Shown: one piece after another, positions 29,791-40,141 of the stretch
Numbering within the stretch: the stretch's first letter is position 1
Layout of the letters: each line of letters starts with the position of its first letter
Assembly (NCBI GenBank): GCA_020348445.1
Contig: CP070751.1
Coordinates: 254,006-318,005 of the forward strand
Length of the DNA stretch: 64,000 nt
Reading direction: 5' to 3'
Source of the DNA: Thermoplasmata archaeon
GTDB taxonomy: Archaea > Thermoplasmatota > Thermoplasmata > GCA-020350865
Notes under the pieces: generated by a model
Databases searched by the model: none
Seen by the model: the letters and a program-made list of their open reading frames with translations, nothing else
What the model was told of the DNA's origin: nothing
Position numbers and translations under genes: made by a program

Positions 29791-30971
29791 GGCAGCCTTT
29801 CCTCCAGATCTTTTGTAATTTTCAGCCGCAGCATAAGAGCATCAACAAAAAATTTTGTTGCCCAGTTTGGATATTGGAAAGGTGCATATATGCCCCAGAT
29901 TGGGTGAGAGCCTGAAATGGCTCCCCTGATATCTTTAGATCGTGAATTTATATTCTGTAAATAACAAAGAAGATCTGTTGCATCCAAACCAGCATTTAGA
30001 TATCGAATATCATCTGTTAATTCATAGATTTTAAACCAAATAAAGCTGTGTTGAGCAATCCCTGTCAAGCATTCGGTATCAACTATCGGCTTCCATTTCT
30101 CGTTATAGGATGTTTGTAAAAACTTCTTAATCTCAAATTTCCTCATTAAAACCTCGCTAGTTTTTATAACAGATTCTAAATATCTGTTATCATGCAGAAT
30201 TTTATATCCTTCCAATAACCCTCTTAGGGTATAAGCAATGCCATGTGTATTACAGGTACGATAATCCTTTTCAAAACAACAATTTTCAAAATAGCCATTT
30301 TCCTTTTGTTGTGACAAAACCCATGAATAAATATCCAATGCAGTATCTAAGTAGCCTTGTTTTTGACTCAATGAATGCAATTCCAAAATCGCCCAAGCAA
30401 CCCTTGAATGATAAGTATGCAAGATATTTTGGTAGCAATGTTTTAGCCACAGGCGATCATCCTTTCTAATTTCTTCAAGAAAGTCCCCGGCTTTGGTCAA
30501 GGCCTTCATGTACTTCATATCGTTGGTTCTCTTATATGCCTCAATCCAGCCCAACATAACCATGCCAGTATTGAATATTACTGAAGGTTTCCTGCTCCTA
30601 TCTTTTATGGAGCCTTCATTTATTCCCCCATCTTTCTTTTGAATCTCAATCAACCAATCGCACATGGCGATGGCCTCATCAAAATACTTTTTTTGTGATG
30701 AAAAGTCCGAGTATTCGAAGAGTGATTTTGCTATATATCCAGTGGTTTCGGGATATGCTGGTTCCCACCCCTTGGAATATCTGAAGGCAGCAGCAGAACC
30801 TCTATAATTTGTAACCTTATGAGTCATATGCAACCACATAATTGCATGCTTGAGATTGATATCAATTGATTGATTTAATTCCGGGAATGGTAAATATTTC
30901 CTCTTTAGATTGGTCCAGGGGTCTTTAATTACCTGGTATGAAAGTCTTAATGCCCTCGCAGCAGGATTCAT
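29787..30971 (-). CDS. (alpha/alpha)6-toroid protein, prenyltransferase/squalene-cyclase-like repeats ('YPETTGY' type)
   Basis: AYPETTGY, WLIEIQKKDGG, FNTGMV, WVLSQQKENGYF, THGIAY, CLTGIAQ, YPNWATKFF. Start chosen at ATG 30971 (track extends to 31124). Confidence 0.65.
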   Translation of the reverse strand: MNPAARALRLSYQVIKDPWTNLKRKYLPFPELNQSIDINLKHAIMWLHMTHKVTNYRGSAAAFRYSKGWEPAYPETTGYIAKSLFEYSDFSSQKKYFDEAIAMCDWLIEIQKKDGGINEGSIKDRSRKPSVIFNTGMVMLGWIEAYKRTNDMKYMKALTKAGDFLEEIRKDDRLWLKHCYQNILHTYHSRVAWAILELHSLSQKQGYLDTALDIYSWVLSQQKENGYFENCCFEKDYRTCNTHGIAYTLRGLLEGYKILHDNRYLESVIKTSEVLMRKFEIKKFLQTSYNEKWKPIVDTECLTGIAQHSFIWFKIYELTDDIRYLNAGLDATDLLCYLQNINSRSKDIRGAISGSHPIWGIYAPFQYPNWATKFFVDALMLRLKITKDLEERLP

Positions 30972-31170
30972 TATATTCTCCTTTAGTAATCCATTATGAA
31001 ATACATTTTGTTTTGGGACAAATGGCGTTGAAGTTAAAAGTAATCTTACATAAAATATTTTTCTAATCATTCTTTTAATCGGTATTTTCTCCATAAATAT
31101 TATTATATACTTTACATATCGCAAAGCAGACTAGAAAAAAGACCGTAATGCTAAATTGGAAGTAATTGAA

Positions 31171-32022
31171 ATGAAAAAAGAGAATCTTGAATCAAATATG
31201 AATGAAGATCCTGAGTATTATGGTGCAGGTTACTCGATATTCTTTAGGGAGGACAAACTGCTTTCTTACTCAGAAATATACAACTGGTGGAAATTGAAAC
31301 GCATGATATCCAAGATGATAGAAGGAGAACGATTCAGTAAAAATAGAGAATACAGTCTTTTGGATATGGGCTGCAGTAGGGGTCATGATCTCTTCAGAAT
31401 TAACAGTGAATTTAATAATTATAATCTAAAATTAGTTGGCTATGATATCATCCCACAGGACATAGAGTATGCCAACAGGATATTGAAGCAAAAAGGTTTG
31501 AAAAATATGAGTTTCAAGGTGGCAAACGCGGAAAATCCAGGTTTTGAGGACAATTCCTTCGATGTTATCACGTGCTCAGAAGTGATGGAACATCAAGAAA
31601 AACCCAAACAGGTCTTAAGGGAGTGTCATAGGATTCTCAAACCCAACGGTATTATAATAATCACAACTCCGAACATAGCTTATAATGACATGTTGCCTAA
31701 GAGGTTGAGAAAAAGATTGAAGTCAAAGGTCCATGCTCAAAGCGATCAGACGCATACGAAAAAGCACAAAGGAAAACAAAAAGAAATGCCCTATGAAAAG
31801 CACGTTTTTGTCGCGAATGTGGATGAATGGATTGATACCCTAAATAAAATCGGATTCCATGTGGAGGAACTGAAAAGGGGAAGTATCGTTTATGGTGGCC
31901 CTTTTTTTGATAGACATGTAAAACTAATGGGTTTTCTGCTGTTTTTCGATGATATATTAGACCATCTCACATATGGATATTCCTGGAATATCATAATAAA
32001 AGCAAGAAAAAGAGGCAAATAA
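31171..32022 (+). CDS. Class I SAM-dependent methyltransferase
   Basis: LLDMGCSRG, GYDI, FEDNSFDVITCSEVMEH, RILKPNGIIIITTPN. Confidence 0.88.
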   Translation: MKKENLESNMNEDPEYYGAGYSIFFREDKLLSYSEIYNWWKLKRMISKMIEGERFSKNREYSLLDMGCSRGHDLFRINSEFNNYNLKLVGYDIIPQDIEYANRILKQKGLKNMSFKVANAENPGFEDNSFDVITCSEVMEHQEKPKQVLRECHRILKPNGIIIITTPNIAYNDMLPKRLRKRLKSKVHAQSDQTHTKKHKGKQKEMPYEKHVFVANVDEWIDTLNKIGFHVEELKRGSIVYGGPFFDRHVKLMGFLLFFDDILDHLTYGYSWNIIIKARKRGK

Positions 32023-32099
32023 TACTTAAATATCATGAATCATTTCAATTGCATAATAACTTGGAAATGAAGATGTAAAAAAACAGTCTCGTGGATATT

Positions 32100-33356
32100 A
32101 TGGACAAGAAAATTTGCATCATGGGTCTTGGCTATATAGGTTTACCTACAGCCAGCATGTTCGCAACCCACGGTTATAACGTCATAGGAGTTGACGTAAA
32201 CGAGAAAATCATAAAAAGTATGACCAATGGAACCATCCATATAAAGGAGCCTGGTCTTGAGACCATAGCCCTTGCCGCATTGAATTCCAAACGACTTACA
32301 GTAAAAACAGATCCTGAGCCAGCTGATGTGTTCATAATTTGCGTTCCTACCCCTATCGATGAAAACACAAAGAAATCGGATCTAAGCTATGTGAAATCGG
32401 CCTGCGAGAGCATTCTTCCCTATCTTCAGAAGGGCAACCTGGTTATATTGGAATCAACGGTACCGCCCCTGACAACTAAAAACATATTGATACCGATTCT
32501 TGCCAAAAGCAAACTTGTGGTGGGTGAAGACATATTTATTGCATACTGCCCTGAGAGGGTTCTACCCGGTAAGATTCTAACAGAGCTCGTTAAAAATGAT
32601 AGAATCATCGGTGGTTTTAATCTAAAATCGGCCCAAACTGCAAAAAAGCTGTACAAATCCTTTGTAGAAGGTGAAATCCATCTTACAGATTGCACAACTG
32701 CCGAGATGGTTAAGCTTATGGAGAACACCTTCAGGGATGTGAACATTGCACTGGCCAATGAATTTATGAAGGTATCAGAACATGTGGGAACCGATGTTTG
32801 GGAGGCCATGTCCCTGGCAAATAAGCATCCACGGGTCAATTTTCACGACCCGGGGCCCGGAGTTGGAGGGCATTGCATTGCAATTGACCCTTGGTTCCTA
32901 GTTGATGCTGATAGGGAGGATACTGAACTTATTCAAATCGCCCGAAGGATCAATGATGACATGCCAAAGTATATAGTAGAGATCGTTGAAAAAGAACTTG
33001 AGGGTGTTGATAAACCGATTATAACCATATTTGGGGTGGCCTACAAGGGAAATGTTGGCGACACCCGCAAGTCCCCTGCAATAGACATCATCTCAATTTT
33101 AAAGGAAAAAGGCCACGAAGTAAGGATATATGATCCTCTAGTTGAGGAATTTGATCACAGACTTTCTCCTCTTTTTGAAGCCGTGGAAGATTCAGATTGC
33201 ATACTTGTACTTGCAGATCATAGGATCTTCAACACCTTGGATTTGAAAGAAATATTTTCGAAGATGAGAGGCAAGAAGGTCATTGATACAAAAAATTGCC
33301 TCTCAAAAAGTTGGAAAAATACCGGCTTTGATTTAAGGATTTTAGGAAATGGATAA
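32100..33356 (+). CDS. wecC: UDP-N-acetyl-D-mannosamine dehydrogenase (copy 2 of family)
   Basis: GLGYIGLPTA, EPGL, CPERVLPG, GVGGHCIAIDP. Stop overlaps the wecB start (TAATG). Confidence 0.85.
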   Translation: MDKKICIMGLGYIGLPTASMFATHGYNVIGVDVNEKIIKSMTNGTIHIKEPGLETIALAALNSKRLTVKTDPEPADVFIICVPTPIDENTKKSDLSYVKSACESILPYLQKGNLVILESTVPPLTTKNILIPILAKSKLVVGEDIFIAYCPERVLPGKILTELVKNDRIIGGFNLKSAQTAKKLYKSFVEGEIHLTDCTTAEMVKLMENTFRDVNIALANEFMKVSEHVGTDVWEAMSLANKHPRVNFHDPGPGVGGHCIAIDPWFLVDADREDTELIQIARRINDDMPKYIVEIVEKELEGVDKPIITIFGVAYKGNVGDTRKSPAIDIISILKEKGHEVRIYDPLVEEFDHRLSPLFEAVEDSDCILVLADHRIFNTLDLKEIFSKMRGKKVIDTKNCLSKSWKNTGFDLRILGNG

Positions 33357-34450
33357 TGATGAACATATGCATTGTTGTGGGCACACGCCCTGAGATTATC
33401 AAAATGTCTCCTATTGTAAGGGAATGTGAAAAAAGACAACTAAATTATTTTATGATTCACACCAATCAACATTATTCCTACAATATGGACAGGATATTTT
33501 TTGAGGAGCTGCAGTTGGCTGAGCCAAAATACAATCTGGAAGTGGGCTCTGGAACCCATGGAGCTCAAACTGGAAAGATGCTAATTGAACTGGAAAAGAT
33601 AATATCAAAAGAGATGCCCGATATCGTACTGGTTGAGGGTGATACCAATACCATCTTGGCGGCCTCACTTTGTGCATCAAAATTACACATCGACGTGGGC
33701 CATGTGGAAGCCGGCTTAAGAAGTTTCGATAGGGCCATGCCCGAGGAGCTTAACAGGTTATTGGCAGATCATCTTTCAACATTCTTGTTCGCCCCAACAA
33801 AGATCTCGAAAGGAAATCTGACAAATGAAGGCATTCCTGAAAATAAAATATTCGTAGTAGGTAACACGATCGTTGATGCAACATTGCGACATCTGAAAAT
33901 CGCCCAATCCAAATCCAAGATCATGGAGAAACTGAATCTTATTGAATCAGGATATCTTTTACTAACGCTGCACCGCCAGGAAAACGTTGATGATAAAGAT
34001 AGATTGGAAAAAATAGTAACGTCCATCGAGGAAATTGTAAAGGATTTTAAATTACCAATTTTATATCCAATCCATCCAAGATCAGATAAGATGATTAAGA
34101 AATTTGGACTGAAGGAGAGACTAGAGTCAAATTCAAAAATAAGATTAATTGAGCCTGTGGGTTACCTGGATTTTCTTGTTTTAGAAAAAAATGCAAAACT
34201 GGTCCTTACAGATTCTGGAGGAGTCCAGGAAGAGACCTGTATAATGAATGTCCCGTGTGTCACATTGCGCTATAATACCGAAAGACCAGAAACCGTGGAA
34301 GTTGGGAAGAATGTGATAGTAGGGGTGGAAACAAAGGATGTTTTAGAGGGTGTACAGGAGATGATAAACAAAGAATTGGGCCCTGAGAATCCTTTTGGGG
34401 ACGGAAGGACAGGTGAAAAAATAGTGGATATTTTAGTAGAATCGTATTAA
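33356..34450 (+). CDS. wecB: UDP-N-acetylglucosamine 2-epimerase (non-hydrolysing)
   Basis: GTRPEIIKM, HTNQHY, VEGDTNT, HVEAGLRS, TLHRQEN, TDSGGVQEE, ERPE. Confidence 0.93.
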   Translation: MMNICIVVGTRPEIIKMSPIVRECEKRQLNYFMIHTNQHYSYNMDRIFFEELQLAEPKYNLEVGSGTHGAQTGKMLIELEKIISKEMPDIVLVEGDTNTILAASLCASKLHIDVGHVEAGLRSFDRAMPEELNRLLADHLSTFLFAPTKISKGNLTNEGIPENKIFVVGNTIVDATLRHLKIAQSKSKIMEKLNLIESGYLLLTLHRQENVDDKDRLEKIVTSIEEIVKDFKLPILYPIHPRSDKMIKKFGLKERLESNSKIRLIEPVGYLDFLVLEKNAKLVLTDSGGVQEETCIMNVPCVTLRYNTERPETVEVGKNVIVGVETKDVLEGVQEMINKELGPENPFGDGRTGEKIVDILVESY

Positions 34451-35619
34451 ATTACACCGGCCAATTCATTATGCATTTTCATAATCCTTTTTACCATTGC
34501 ATTGGACGAATATCTCTCTGCTACTTCTCTTCTATCAGCTTTATATTCGTCTGACATCTTTAAGGCTGAAGTTAACTTGTTTTTATAATCTTCTTTGCTT
34601 CTGTTTTTCAAAAGAAAACCGATTCTTTCGGATGTTACAACATTACCAATATCCCCTACATCGGTGGAAACCACGGGAAGGCCGCAGGCTAAGGCCTCCA
34701 GTAGTATGGTTGGCAGGCCCTCAGTATACGAGGCCATGGCCAAAACATCTGCACAATTCAGTATATTTGGCACATCTTCATGGGGCAAGGTTCTCAAAAA
34801 GTGTACATTTTTCACCCTTAAGCTTGATATCAATTCCCGAAGGCGCCCTTCCTCCTCCCCCTGCCCGACCAAAACCAAATCCACATCAGGCACTTCTTTA
34901 TTTAAATCCAAAAAAGCCCTTATAATTAGATCGATACCCTTTACCTTGGAGAAACGCCCGACATAGAGAATGATTTTGTGATCTTGATTCAAACCTAATC
35001 TGTTACGAAGATCTTTTTTACCGGCTTTTATATCAAATTCATCGACGTTTATAGGAATTGGGATGGTAATGATCTTCTCTTTTTCCTTTGGGTATTTGTT
35101 TGCGTAGAATTCTTCATCTTTCTTGCTCACAGTCACTATCTTATCCACATTAGGAAGGATAAGATGCTCTAATATCAAATAGATATATCCTTTAATTTTT
35201 GACTTGAGACCTTTTCCAGTGAGATATCCTTTTGAAGCTGCACCATGAAAATAAAGGACGATCTTACCTTTCTTAGATGGGAATAGAAATGGTATGGCAA
35301 AATCCAATCGTTGAATGTGAAGGACATTTTGAGCCAAAAAGGTATCTTTCTTTCTTTTATAGAGGGCAAGTATGAATTTAAATGTCTGGGGAAATAGGAA
35401 GCGGTCTTTTTTCTTCTCATATACGACTAAAGGTAAAAAACGGATGTTACTTCTGATGTTTTTGTTAACATTTTCGATAGTTGTATATCCGCAGAGCATA
35501 ACCCTTTCGGTTTTGTTTACAGAATTTAAAAAATTCATTACATAATTTTGAGTGCCACTGATTTTCGAATCAAAAGGATTTATAGGTCCAATGAAAATCA
35601 TGTTATCAGTATTATTCAT
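34447..35619 (-). CDS. GT4 family glycosyltransferase
   Basis: YVGRFSKVKG, EGLPTILLEALACGLPVV. Confidence 0.88.
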   Translation of the reverse strand: MNNTDNMIFIGPINPFDSKISGTQNYVMNFLNSVNKTERVMLCGYTTIENVNKNIRSNIRFLPLVVYEKKKDRFLFPQTFKFILALYKRKKDTFLAQNVLHIQRLDFAIPFLFPSKKGKIVLYFHGAASKGYLTGKGLKSKIKGYIYLILEHLILPNVDKIVTVSKKDEEFYANKYPKEKEKIITIPIPINVDEFDIKAGKKDLRNRLGLNQDHKIILYVGRFSKVKGIDLIIRAFLDLNKEVPDVDLVLVGQGEEEGRLRELISSLRVKNVHFLRTLPHEDVPNILNCADVLAMASYTEGLPTILLEALACGLPVVSTDVGDIGNVVTSERIGFLLKNRSKEDYKNKLTSALKMSDEYKADRREVAERYSSNAMVKRIMKMHNELAGVI

Positions 35620-35691
35620 ATTACGAATCGAACAACTTTAAAGATATATTAATTTACCTATGTTTTTTTTATTGGATCTTATTTAAAAAGA

Positions 35692-36642
35692 CTAGATTGG
35701 ATGAGAAAACATTCTCTCGAAGAATCCGAACCAGATTCCCACCATATGTGCCAATTGTTTAAATGTGTGAATAACTGAAAAAGTCAACACGCTAATTTTT
35801 AGTGTATTTTGTGGTATTTTCATTCCAATGTTTACATATGAGAAAAACAAAGTAAACAACTGAAGAAAGGCGATATAAGCCACAATTGGAATTATAAAGG
35901 ACAATCCTATCAGGACGCAAAATAAAGGAATATAAAACACTTTAATATAGAACATGATGCCAATCATCCTCCTGTGCTTCAAATATGAAAGAGGATAACT
36001 TTTTCCATAGGTGAACCATTTTTTAAAGATTCCTTTTAATGTGCTTGGATTATGATGGTATATATATAAACTGTCATCGTAAAGGATTTTGTATCCTTTT
36101 CCAATGATTCTAAATCCCAATTCTGTATCTTGTCCTCTAACAAAATCTTCATCAAATTTTATCTCATCAAGTATCCTTCTAATAAACATGATCCCAGAGG
36201 CGTTTAATACCTTAACGTAAGCCCGTTTTACAATGCTGGGTGTTCCATAAGAAAGAGCATCCAAAGCCCTCCCAACATTACTCTTTTTCATACTTCGTAA
36301 CGGGCCCCTTGCACATACTACATTTTCATCTGTTTCCTTTAATGCCTGGATAGCCCGTAAAGCCCAGTCTTTTGGAAGATATGCATCTGCATCAACAAAG
36401 GCAATATAATTTCCCCTGGCAACTGTCAATCCTCGATTCCTAGCAGCGCCAGCCCCTTTTTTCTTTTCTAAAAGAATTTTTACTGGAAATTTTTCAATGA
36501 CAGACCGTGTGTTATCTGTGGAACAGTTATCTACCACTATGACTTCCTTTTTACAGGATTGTGCCAATATTGATTCAAGGCTTTTACCTATGGTTTTTTC
36601 ATTGTTGTAGGCAGGAACAATAAAGGATACCAGATCTTCCAT
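35692..36642 (-). CDS. GT2 family glycosyltransferase with C-terminal TM helices
   Basis: SFIVPAYNNE, VVDNCSTD, ARNRG, FVDAD, GQDTELG. Confidence 0.9.
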   Translation of the reverse strand: MEDLVSFIVPAYNNEKTIGKSLESILAQSCKKEVIVVDNCSTDNTRSVIEKFPVKILLEKKKGAGAARNRGLTVARGNYIAFVDADAYLPKDWALRAIQALKETDENVVCARGPLRSMKKSNVGRALDALSYGTPSIVKRAYVKVLNASGIMFIRRILDEIKFDEDFVRGQDTELGFRIIGKGYKILYDDSLYIYHHNPSTLKGIFKKWFTYGKSYPLSYLKHRRMIGIMFYIKVFYIPLFCVLIGLSFIIPIVAYIAFLQLFTLFFSYVNIGMKIPQNTLKISVLTFSVIHTFKQLAHMVGIWFGFFERMFSHPI

Positions 36643-36652
36643 TATTTTTCAC

Positions 36653-37861
36653 CTAAATATTTTCGTATAGGGTTTGCAATCTGATTTTCATGACATCCCA
36701 GTTATGCTCTTCATATACCTTGCGGGCCTGATTTACAAACGTTTTTGCCTCATCCTTATTGTGATAAATCCATTTTATCTTTTCAGCCAATTCCTTGTGG
36801 TTCTGTGACTCGTAATATATTGCACCATCTTCGCCCAAAAGGGTGTAAATTCCCTTTAACCTGCACGAAATTATGGGAATATCTGCCATGGAGTACTCAA
36901 AAACCTTATTTGGCATGGCAAGTTCGGTCATTGGGTTTTTTACATAAGATACAACTCCAAAATCGGCCAGTTCCATGTAACTTGCCACATCTTCGCCAGG
37001 GAGCTGCCCGCCAAAGTACACATTTTCAAAAATACCCAGGTCTTGAGCCAAGCTCTTCAGTTCATTTACGTATTTTTCACCCTGTCCATATATATGACCA
37101 AAGACTATGAAAAATATATTTGGGATATCCTTTTTCACAATTGACATAGCTTTAAGGATAACCTCTAAATTTCTCTCGTAATTTATACCACCCACATAAA
37201 CGGTAATGAATTTGGAATCTAGCTGGAATTTTTCCAAAAAATCTGTTAAATCTTTCTTTACAAAAAGCTTTTCATTAGGGGTATTCATTATCACTGTGAT
37301 TTTCTCTTTTGGAATCCCGCGGTTTACTAGAACATCCTTTCTCACATCATTTACAGTGATGACATAATTTGCAAATCCGGAACTAATTTTTTCTAAGAAA
37401 CACACAAATTTCACAAACCGTGAGTCCATTCTCTTGTTGAATCGTGCGGCATATATCTCTGGCATGACCTCATGAAGATCCAATACGATTTTCTTACCTT
37501 TGAACTTTTGAATTACGGCAACAAACACGAGAAAGTCGGGTAAAGAATGTACATGAACAACATCGAATTTCTTTTTCCTATCCAATGAATTCAATTTCAT
37601 GAACACCTGAAAGAAGAAAGATAGATAATGATAGAAATATCTTAAGTAGCCCCCTCTTTTATGGGTCAAAGAGACCCGGTGAATCCCAACACCTTTGAAC
37701 GAATCAGATTTCTTGTCCCCTTCCTCTTTTAAGCAGATCACATCGACTGAATGGTCTTTCTCCAATAGAGCTTCTGCAGCACGCCTAACCCTGGGGTCAA
37801 AGGGATAGAATGAATAGACAGGCATGCAAACAGACTTTTTTGGGGACCTATTTTTTACCAT
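36653..37861 (-). CDS. GT4 family glycosyltransferase (paralogue of 41931-43163)
   Basis: YPFDPRVRR, HVHSLPD, LDLHE, PNKVFEY. GGAGGG SD before ATG 37861. Confidence 0.88.
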   Translation of the reverse strand: MVKNRSPKKSVCMPVYSFYPFDPRVRRAAEALLEKDHSVDVICLKEEGDKKSDSFKGVGIHRVSLTHKRGGYLRYFYHYLSFFFQVFMKLNSLDRKKKFDVVHVHSLPDFLVFVAVIQKFKGKKIVLDLHEVMPEIYAARFNKRMDSRFVKFVCFLEKISSGFANYVITVNDVRKDVLVNRGIPKEKITVIMNTPNEKLFVKKDLTDFLEKFQLDSKFITVYVGGINYERNLEVILKAMSIVKKDIPNIFFIVFGHIYGQGEKYVNELKSLAQDLGIFENVYFGGQLPGEDVASYMELADFGVVSYVKNPMTELAMPNKVFEYSMADIPIISCRLKGIYTLLGEDGAIYYESQNHKELAEKIKWIYHNKDEAKTFVNQARKVYEEHNWDVMKIRLQTLYENI

Positions 37862-38681
37862 GATATTTTTCGCCCTCCAGAATATCTTGGAATAAGATGA
37901 ATCTGCTTTTACTATCAACATAATCCAGGAACTTTTCTAAACATGATAGCGCTTTTACTCCTCGATTTCTTTTATGCCTTTTGGGCAATCCCTCCCAAAG
38001 ACGAATCTCATCCATTTCCATTACTTCCCATGGATGCATATAGAATACCACTGGATCAAAGAAATGAGAAGACATGTTAAAGAGGTAATTAACCTCTTTT
38101 GCTCCAAAGGTTCTTAATGCGGACATGGTAAGGGGAACAACAAAGGCGGAAATTGGAACCTCCAGTATTTTTGAGTCACCTTTTTTGAAAAGGTTGTTTT
38201 TGGATGGGTGGTATGGCTTTCTTGCAGCAAAAAACGCCCTTAAATTGTTACCCACACCCATTCCAAAATCGAACCGCATTGAGGTAACAGAACTGTCACT
38301 TTCGTATCCAAGTTCCTCCAAAACATTGATGGTAATATGATTGGCCTTGGCAAAGGGAGCCCGAAAGACCTTTACATCCTGACCCGTAATATTCATTAAT
38401 ATCTCCGAGCTTTTGATGATCCTTTTCTTTTGTTCATGGGCTTTCATATCCACGAAATTCTCTGAGGTATCAAGTCCATGGGAATACCCGTGGCAACCAA
38501 TTTCATGTCCCTCTAAATGTATTTTCTTGATGATATCTTCATTTTCTTCGGCAAATTTACCTGCGACAAAGAAAACTGCCTTAAGCCCCCTCTTATCAAA
38601 TATATTTAAAAACCTCTCTATTCCGACTTCACTTCCAGGAAAGTGGTCCACATCAACAGATATAATCGTGCTTATAGTCAT
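37848..38681 (-). CDS. NodB-type polysaccharide deacetylase
   Basis: SVDVD, AVFFVAG, HEIGCHGYSH, FRAP, LEVPIS, FYMHPWE. Start ATG 38681. Confidence 0.88.
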   Translation of the reverse strand: MTISTIISVDVDHFPGSEVGIERFLNIFDKRGLKAVFFVAGKFAEENEDIIKKIHLEGHEIGCHGYSHGLDTSENFVDMKAHEQKKRIIKSSEILMNITGQDVKVFRAPFAKANHITINVLEELGYESDSSVTSMRFDFGMGVGNNLRAFFAARKPYHPSKNNLFKKGDSKILEVPISAFVVPLTMSALRTFGAKEVNYLFNMSSHFFDPVVFYMHPWEVMEMDEIRLWEGLPKRHKRNRGVKALSCLEKFLDYVDSKSRFILFQDILEGEKYHGKK

Positions 38682-38737
38682 TTTAGCCGATCCTTTTCTG
38701 AGCAGTTTGGGGAAAGATCCCATCAATTACCCATGAA

Positions 38738-39808
38738 TTATACGACATCAGTATCTCCCCAGGTAATGAACCAATTGGCAGGCTCCTTTACAAATTCCAA
38801 GTTCAACTCCTCTGACAGGGGATAGATGATAAAGGGCTCCTCTTTTGGATTTAAATTCTTAGGACAGGTTATAAAACCGCATTTTTTTAATATTTTGTAA
38901 TAGTCACTAGATTTTGGAATTGAACATGCCATAAGATCAACTCCCTCTTGTTGCAAATCCTCCATCGCCTTGAGTATTAATGCATGGACCGCTTCCTTTT
39001 GATTTGGTGAGGCTAGTAAGTCTACTATGGCACCATTATTAAGACCAAATTTTTCCAAAATCCTCACAACCACCCAAGCAAGCAGTATATTATCTTTCTC
39101 GGCCACAAAAATCTTATAATGTTTTTCAGGGCATTGAGTATATCTCCAATTCAAATAGGTACTATCACGCCTTAGGATTATGTCATGGGCTGCTTGAGCC
39201 TCTTTCCAGAGATCATCAGTTCTTGAATCAAATTGGGTTATCGTTTTAATAACCATATCATCATAATGCGGTCTTTTTGGTCTATAAAATACCTTGAATG
39301 CAGCTCTTCCTGCCAAATTCGCAAAAAAAACCAATATCCTGTTTGAAAACATTTTTTGGGAAACTTTTTTAAAATCCACAGGCCTGATCATTACATGCAA
39401 TGAAAAAATCTCAAAGCATTTAAGTTTCCTGTGACCTGGCAGAGCATTTTCATTTGGAAATCCGTACACAATATCGATACCCTCTTTTTTGGACTCAGAC
39501 AACATCTTTTGCCCCAGGGTTACGAATATGCCCTGTCGTCCATATTTTGGGTGAGTCACCCCTTCTACTTCTAAAGAGGCCAATATTTCCGATTCATGGA
39601 TCTTAATTTTCCTTTTTAAGGATGCAAGGTGGCCAACAATGTTGGATTCGTCTACCGCTAAGAGTATCTTAGACCCTTCGGGATTACCTTTAAATTCCCA
39701 ATACCAATACGATAAGCTCCTGTTGATTTTATATACAAAATTTAACAACGTATTGATCTTATCTTCGTCCCCGTCCTCATAATTCCTTATTAACCAGTTC
39801 TTATTCAT
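38738..39808 (-). CDS. Tandem-GNAT-fold acyl/aminoacyl transferase
   Basis: IRNYEDGDE, GVTHPKYGRQGIF acyl-CoA motif A, YGFPN, RDSTYLNWRY, TWGDTD. Confidence 0.72.
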   Translation of the reverse strand: MNKNWLIRNYEDGDEDKINTLLNFVYKINRSLSYWYWEFKGNPEGSKILLAVDESNIVGHLASLKRKIKIHESEILASLEVEGVTHPKYGRQGIFVTLGQKMLSESKKEGIDIVYGFPNENALPGHRKLKCFEIFSLHVMIRPVDFKKVSQKMFSNRILVFFANLAGRAAFKVFYRPKRPHYDDMVIKTITQFDSRTDDLWKEAQAAHDIILRRDSTYLNWRYTQCPEKHYKIFVAEKDNILLAWVVVRILEKFGLNNGAIVDLLASPNQKEAVHALILKAMEDLQQEGVDLMACSIPKSSDYYKILKKCGFITCPKNLNPKEEPFIIYPLSEELNLEFVKEPANWFITWGDTDVV

Positions 39809-40141
39809 TAATTGCAACTCCGAATTCGAAATTCATTCTAAATTTCTATGGATTCCACAATCGAATTAATTTTCAAATTCACAAGCAATCTCATCGAATA
39901 GAATTGATATGATATTTTGATGGTATTTTAGTTTTTCCTTCTTTATTTTATTTTAGGAACCTATATTCTATATCATTTTCTTGGCTTTTAGCCTAATGAT
40001 CCTTATTATCCTATTTGATATTCAATTCATTATAAAAGGAAAAGTTTATAAGCGCATGATTGTAATTTGAGTTATTTAATTATTGTAAATTTGAGGATTG
40101 CACTGGTTAATAATCACAATCGATGGTATAGCGGGATATTG

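Noticed and set aside
34447-34450. Convergent wecB/GT4 genes sharing a palindromic TTAA double stop
   Set aside because: This is common in compact AT-rich genomes and has no further signal.
39818-40140. Long intergenic region with recurring GAATT/AATTC words
   Set aside because: There is no regular period or spacer structure. It is consistent with an AT-rich divergent promoter region, not a CRISPR or ncRNA.
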